DNA from: Gemmatimonadales bacterium
Lineage (GTDB): Bacteria; Gemmatimonadota; Gemmatimonadetes; Longimicrobiales; Gaopeijiaceae
Direction: 5' to 3'
Length of the DNA stretch: 57,842 bases
NCBI GenBank assembly: GCA_050485725.1
Contig: JBJHBX010000001.1
Coordinates: 1 to 57,842, forward strand
Every line of letters starts with the position of its first letter. The first letter of the stretch is position 1. Under the pieces are notes generated by a model that saw nothing but the letters and a program-made list of their open reading frames with translations, ran no database searches and had not been told where the DNA came from. This document shows, one piece after another, positions 53,899 to 57,842 of this stretch. Both the position numbers and the translations under genes were made by a program.

Positions 53899-54396
53899 AT
53901 GGCTACGGTGCGATTCATCAACGAACTCGGCGCGGAGGTCTTCGTGCCCGTGTCGGGCGAGACGGCCCGCGAGATCCGGCAGGCCGTGCTCGGCACGCTC
54001 CGCGAGTACGGGCGCATGGGCTGGCGTAGCGGCGACGTGCCCCCGGGTGGCTTCCGTTTCCCTCTCGCCAACGAGCCCGACTTCGACTGGCGCCTCATCG
54101 GAGGCCGACGCGGCACCTGCACCGTGGACGGTGAGGACCGGGAAGGCGTGTGGTACGGCGGCCACTTCTACACCCGGCGGGAGCTGGAGCCGAACCGGCG
54201 CATGAAGCTCGCCGCCGCCGTGAAGTACAGCCGAGGTGCCAAGAACACCGACCCGCCCGAGATCGTCGAGGAAGGCGATGGCGCATTCCGCTACGTCACC
54301 CTCGCGGCGTTCCGCGGGGAAGGCCGGCGCCGGGAGGAATACGCGCTGCCGGCGGCTGCCACGAACGGCGCCGCGGCGGGAGGTGCTGTCCGATGA
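53899..54396 (+). CDS. Hypothetical phage-like protein (165 aa)
   Basis: Coding-like composition. The stop overlaps the next start (ATGA at 54393-54396). No family recognised. Confidence 0.55.
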   Translation: MATVRFINELGAEVFVPVSGETAREIRQAVLGTLREYGRMGWRSGDVPPGGFRFPLANEPDFDWRLIGGRRGTCTVDGEDREGVWYGGHFYTRRELEPNRRMKLAAAVKYSRGAKNTDPPEIVEEGDGAFRYVTLAAFRGEGRRREEYALPAAATNGAAAGGAVR

Positions 54397-54941
54397 GCGC
54401 GCCCATGCTGAAGCTCCACGAGTACGTGGACGAGTTGGAGCGGGTCCTCGACTGGATCGCCGACAACGAGGAGCAGGTCATCGCCGCCGGGGGCGAACTC
54501 CCGCCCGAACTGTGGGAGATGCTGGATCGGATCGAGGGCGACTTCACGGAGAAGGTGCGCCGCGTCGCGCTGGTGATCCTGAATCTGACCGCCAGCGCAA
54601 AGGCCGCGAACTCGGAGGGCGAGCGCCTGACCAGGATGAGCCGTGGCTACCAGCGGCAGGCGGAATCCCTAAAGCGGTACCTGCTGATCCAGTTGGAGCG
54701 GGCGGGCAAGGCGCGGGTCGAGACTCCGACGGTGAAGGTCCGGATCCAGAAGAACACTCGCCCCTCGATCCGCTGTGCCTCAGCCGAGATCCCAGAGCGG
54801 TTCCGTCGGGTGACGGTGGAACTGGACACCGCTGCCGCATACGAAGCGTTGAAGGCGGCGGGTCATCTTCCCGACGAGCCTGGGCTCCTCGCAGTCGATG
54901 GGCTGGTGGTTGAGCTGGGACGGCACATTCGGGTTTGGTGA
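54393..54941 (+). CDS. Siphovirus Gp157-like protein
   Basis: LKLHEYVDELERVLDWIADNEEQV...LTASAKAANSEGERLTRMSRGYQRQAESLKRYLLIQLERAG...VKVRIQKN has a pattern resembling the Gp157 family. The family assignment is from memory. Confidence 0.55.
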   Translation: MSAPMLKLHEYVDELERVLDWIADNEEQVIAAGGELPPELWEMLDRIEGDFTEKVRRVALVILNLTASAKAANSEGERLTRMSRGYQRQAESLKRYLLIQLERAGKARVETPTVKVRIQKNTRPSIRCASAEIPERFRRVTVELDTAAAYEALKAAGHLPDEPGLLAVDGLVVELGRHIRVW

Positions 54942-54970
54942 GAGTAGACTGGTGTCGTCCCCAACGAAAA

Positions 54971-54990
54971 GGGCCGCCCGGAGGCGGCCC
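54971..54990 (+). terminator. GC-rich hairpin after the Gp157-like gene
   Basis: GGGCCGCC-cgga-GGCGGCCC, followed by TGCTTCG. The T-tract is weak. Confidence 0.45.
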
Positions 54991-55006
54991 TGCTTCGCGA
55001 GAAAGG

Positions 55007-55030
55007 CTGCTATGGTTTCTGCTATGGTTT
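55007..55030. repeat. Perfect tandem duplication of 12 nt (CTGCTATGGTTT, two copies)
   Basis: Read directly at 55007-55018 and 55019-55030. Confidence 0.9.
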
Positions 55031-55115
55031 GGGTCCGGCTTTCTGCCGGACTTCGGTGTTTCGATGTCGGCGGGATCCTTGCACATTCCCTGGAATCACG
55101 CCATCTTCTCGGGAG

Positions 55116-55189
55116 CGGGACATAGCGCAGCCCGGTAGCGCACCTGAATGGGGTTCAGGGGGTCGCCGGTTCGAATCCGGCCGTCCCGA
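55116..55189 (+). tRNA. tRNA-Pro (anticodon GGG)
   Basis: It folds as a cloverleaf: acceptor CGGGACA/CGTCCCG (one A-C mismatch), D arm GCGC-AGCCCGGTA-GCGC, anticodon arm CCTGA-ATGGGGT-TCAGG, T arm GCCGG-TTCGAAT-CCGGC, and discriminator A. No CCA is encoded. Confidence 0.85.
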
Positions 55190-55200
55190 CTGCACGAAGC

Positions 55201-55230
55201 CCGACGGCCCATCCTCGGATGGGCCGTCGG
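55201..55230 (+). terminator. Hairpin downstream of tRNA-Pro
   Basis: CCGACGGCCCAT-cctcgg-ATGGGCCGTCGG, followed by TGTAT. Confidence 0.55.
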
Positions 55231-55284
55231 TGTATCCGGGAACCGGACACCCTCCCCGTCGTCCCCCCCTCTTCCGGAACGCGC

Positions 55285-57045
55285 ATGGCCCGGGTCCCCT
55301 CCTCCGCATTCCCCCCCCTCCCGGCGGGGTCGGGCCTCCGGGGAAAGGTCGGATGGCTTGCCGCCCTCGCAGTGGGGGTGGGCGCCTGCACCGCGGACGT
55401 GACCGGCCCGGACCCCAATGCGGCCGTCACCTGCAACGTGGCCGATGCCGTGGTCCTCCCCGTGGGAGGGACCCAACAGGCCAGGGGGGGCGGGGGAGCG
55501 GAGCTCTGCATCCGGGCTCCCGCAGAGGGTGGGGAGTACGTCCTGGTGACCTACGCGGGGGAGGTGCCCTCCACGAACCTGACCCGCCTTCGCTTCCTGG
55601 CCGAAGGGGTGGGTCCCGCGGCGGGACCTCCGGCGCCCGTCGCTCCGATCCCGGGAGGAGACGCCCTGGACCTCCATGGCCATGGTTTCCTCCGGGACGG
55701 AGCCTTCGACGCCGAGCTCCGGGCCCGGGAACGGACGGAGCTGGCCGGGAGGGTGGGGCCCGCCGGCGACGGAGCCCCGGCCCAGGTGCCGGGCTTCGCC
55801 CCGGCCGGCGTCCCGGCCGTGGGTTCCCTCCTGACCCTGAACGCCCAGCCCCGGTCCGCCTGCGACAATCCCATGCCCCGGGGCGCCCGGGTCATGGCCG
55901 TCTCCCAGCGAGCCGTCGTGGTGGCGGACACCCTGAATCCGTCCGGGGGATTCACGTCCGACGACTACGCCCACTTCGCCGCGGTCTTCGACACCCTGGT
56001 GGTGCCGGTCATGGACACCCACTTCGGGGAACCCACGGACCTGGACGGGAACGGACGGACCATCCTCTTCTTCACCCGGGAGGTGAACCGCCTCACCGAG
56101 GAGGGCTCCGAGCGGTTCGTGGGGGGCTTCTTCTACGCCCGGGACCTCTTTCCCCGGACCGGGACTTCCCGGCTCCAGGCGTGCCCCACCTCGAACCATG
56201 CCGAGATCCTCTATCTCATGGTCCCGGAACCGGGGCGCAACCCGGACAACGTGTGGGGGCGGGCGGCCGTTCGGCGGAACACCCCGTCCACCCTGGCCCA
56301 CGAACAGCAGCACCTGGTGAACGCCGCCCGGCGCCTCCACATCCTCCAGTCTCCCACGGCCTTCGAGGACACCTGGCTGAACGAGGGGCTGAGCCACACG
56401 GCGGAGGAGCTCCTCTTCTACCGGGCCAGCGGCCTCCAGCCCCGGTCGAACCTGGGCCTGGCGGATCTCCAGGCCGGAGGCTCACGGGTGCTGGACGCGG
56501 TGAACGCCCACCACCTCTCCAACATCCTGCGGTTCGAGCGCTACCTCAGGGATCCATCGGCGCACTCCCCCTTCGACGAGGAGGACACCCTGGAGGCCCG
56601 GGGGGCGGCCCACCAGTTCCTCCGGTACGCGGCCGACCGCCGGGGGGGGAACGATTCCGGGTTCCTCCGGTCGCTGGTGGATGCATCCAACGGGGGAGTG
56701 GCGAACTTGGCGGACCGGCTGGGCGGGGAGGAGGTGCTCCACGACTGGCTCGCGGACTGGACGGTGGCGACCTACGCCGACGCCCGGGTCCCCGGACTCG
56801 AGGCCCGTCATCGCCTCCTGAGTTGGAGCCATCCCTCCCTCTTCCAGCAGCTCCGGATCCAGCCCTACCCCATCCGGACCCGTCCCCTCTCCCCCGATGC
56901 GCCCCTCGAGGTGGAGCTTGTGGGAGGTGGGGCGGCCCACCTACGCTTCGGCGTGAGCGGGGGGGAAGGGGCGGTGATCCGCATCTCCCAGGGCCAGACC
57001 CACCCCTCTCCGTCCATTCGCTTCACCCTCCTCCGCACCCGATGA
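55285..57045 (+). CDS. Putative lipoprotein zinc metallopeptidase (HExxH)
   Basis: A lipobox in LAALAVGVGAC and the motif TLAHEQQHLVNAAR. GC3 is very high, so it looks like a core gene. The family was not verified. Confidence 0.65.
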   Translation: MARVPSSAFPPLPAGSGLRGKVGWLAALAVGVGACTADVTGPDPNAAVTCNVADAVVLPVGGTQQARGGGGAELCIRAPAEGGEYVLVTYAGEVPSTNLTRLRFLAEGVGPAAGPPAPVAPIPGGDALDLHGHGFLRDGAFDAELRARERTELAGRVGPAGDGAPAQVPGFAPAGVPAVGSLLTLNAQPRSACDNPMPRGARVMAVSQRAVVVADTLNPSGGFTSDDYAHFAAVFDTLVVPVMDTHFGEPTDLDGNGRTILFFTREVNRLTEEGSERFVGGFFYARDLFPRTGTSRLQACPTSNHAEILYLMVPEPGRNPDNVWGRAAVRRNTPSTLAHEQQHLVNAARRLHILQSPTAFEDTWLNEGLSHTAEELLFYRASGLQPRSNLGLADLQAGGSRVLDAVNAHHLSNILRFERYLRDPSAHSPFDEEDTLEARGAAHQFLRYAADRRGGNDSGFLRSLVDASNGGVANLADRLGGEEVLHDWLADWTVATYADARVPGLEARHRLLSWSHPSLFQQLRIQPYPIRTRPLSPDAPLEVELVGGGAAHLRFGVSGGEGAVIRISQGQTHPSPSIRFTLLRTR

Positions 57046-57067
57046 GTCCCCGGGAGGACGCCCGGCC

Positions 57068-57691
57068 TTGCCGCCCCTACGCCCCCCCCTTCCCCGCCAC
57101 CTTCCCGTCCTCCTCCTGCTGGCGTGCTGGGTGGCGGGGACCCCTGCGACCGCCCAGTCCCCTTCGCCCCGCCTCGGCCCCGAAGGACGGGTGGGGGCAC
57201 ACGTGGGTCTCGCGCTGGGGATGGGGACGCTGAAGGGAACCCTCTCTCCGCAGGTGGGGGGACGGGTGGGGGTGGACCTCCTTCCATGGCTTCGGGCAGG
57301 GGGGGAGGGCGTGGTCGTTCTGGACGCCCCCCGGGTGTCCCGTGACGAGTCCCCGGACCGCTCGGAGCTGAGGCTCGGGTACGGGGGGGTCTTCGTGGAG
57401 ATGGGTCGCCCCTCCCTGGCGGAAGGGGATCCCTGGGCCGCGGGGTTGCTCCTGGGTACGGGCACGGCCCGGATCCGGTCGCCGGCCCTGGGTTCCGAGC
57501 TGGATTCCCGGAACTTCGTCCTGGTGGAACCCTCCCTGGCCCGGGCCTTCCGGCCTGTGGGTCCCCTGCGGACCGGAGCGCGCATCGCCTATCGGTTGCC
57601 GGTGAACCCCCGCCCCCTGGTGGGCGTCCAGCCCCGGGACCTCCGGGGGCTCTCGTTCCGACTCACCCTTTCCCTGGAGCGAGCGCCCTGA
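57068..57691 (+). CDS. Hypothetical secreted or outer-membrane protein
   Basis: A signal-like LPVLLLLACWVAGTPATAQ followed by Gly-rich, alternating beta-strand-like sequence. Non-ATG start. Confidence 0.45.
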   Translation: MPPLRPPLPRHLPVLLLLACWVAGTPATAQSPSPRLGPEGRVGAHVGLALGMGTLKGTLSPQVGGRVGVDLLPWLRAGGEGVVVLDAPRVSRDESPDRSELRLGYGGVFVEMGRPSLAEGDPWAAGLLLGTGTARIRSPALGSELDSRNFVLVEPSLARAFRPVGPLRTGARIAYRLPVNPRPLVGVQPRDLRGLSFRLTLSLERAP

Positions 57692-57735
57692 AACCCCCAC
57701 CCCCCCCGCCCGCGCCCCTGGCCCATCCCTTCCCG

Positions 57736-57842
57736 GTGGCCGCCGTGGACACCGGCTCCAACGCCATCCGCTTCCTGGCGGCCCGGTTCGTGGCCCCCGG
57801 TCGGTTCCTGGAGATGGAGAGCGAGCGGGTCCCGGTCCGACT
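57736..57842 (+). CDS. 5' end of a Ppx/GppA-family phosphatase (partial, runs off the window)
   Basis: VAAVDTGSNAIRFLAARF matches the N-terminal DxGSNS(I/F)R motif of exopolyphosphatases. The start codon is uncertain. Confidence 0.5.
   Translation, partial: MAAVDTGSNAIRFLAARFVAPGRFLEMESERVPVR

Noticed and set aside
55116-55189. tRNA-Pro as the integration target of the island to its left.
   Set aside because: The tRNA is on the plus strand and the island lies on its 5' side. Integration into a tRNA 3' end would place the island downstream. No copy of the tRNA 3' end was found elsewhere in the window.
55029-57233. A 734-aa plus-strand ORF and a 433-aa minus-strand ORF (55096-56397) spanning the tRNA and the peptidase gene.
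   Set aside because: The first runs straight through the tRNA-Pro gene and is extremely Pro/Gly/Arg-rich. The 55285-57045 frame, with its lipobox and HExxH motif, is the credible one.

Overview
This is a high-GC bacterial window, and almost all of it is a mosaic of mobile, accessory DNA. The long antisense and off-frame ORFs in the track are treated as shadow ORFs. From left to right:

1. **Copper/silver-type efflux locus (1-9326).** It has a divergent Tat-signal gene, a BlaI/CopY-like repressor with an M56 BlaR1-like protease, and cusCBA-like genes. The outer-membrane gene is split by an intact 1236-bp IS3-family element with a 4-bp target duplication. The CusA-like pump carries a Gly/Met-rich insertion.
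2. **PIN remnant and a two-gene cassette (9326-11474).** A PD-(D/E)xK-like gene is followed by a two-HKD phospholipase D-like gene.
3. **Minus-strand czc operon (11655-20206).** It runs His-rich periplasmic protein, czcC, czcB, czcA, then an SPC-type P1B ATPase. An AraC-like regulator is divergent from it.
4. **ICE-type genes.** DUF932 and ssb.
5. **Six-gene, translationally coupled recombination operon (23014-30964).** Three tandem tyrosine recombinases and a small protein (GInt ginABCD-like) are followed by a RecD/TraA-like helicase and a 187-aa protein. The operon ends in a perfect 20-bp hairpin.
6. **merRTPA with a MerR-type operator.**
7. **mobC-like gene and a MobA/VirD2 relaxase,** separated by an 8.4-kb metal-resistance block. 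The block holds an ACR3/BASS-like permease, a frameshifted TlpA-like thioredoxin, a C...CC protein, a CadR/PbrR-like MerR regulator, and an ArsR / TonB-dependent receptor / P1B ATPase operon. The relaxase contains a nested mobB-like ORF.
8. **Defence islet.** Abi_2/HEPN, RadC, and a type II CBASS (Cap4, CD-NTase, Cap2, Cap3).
9. **Phage-like genes, then tRNA-Pro(GGG),** after which GC-richer, apparently core genes begin.
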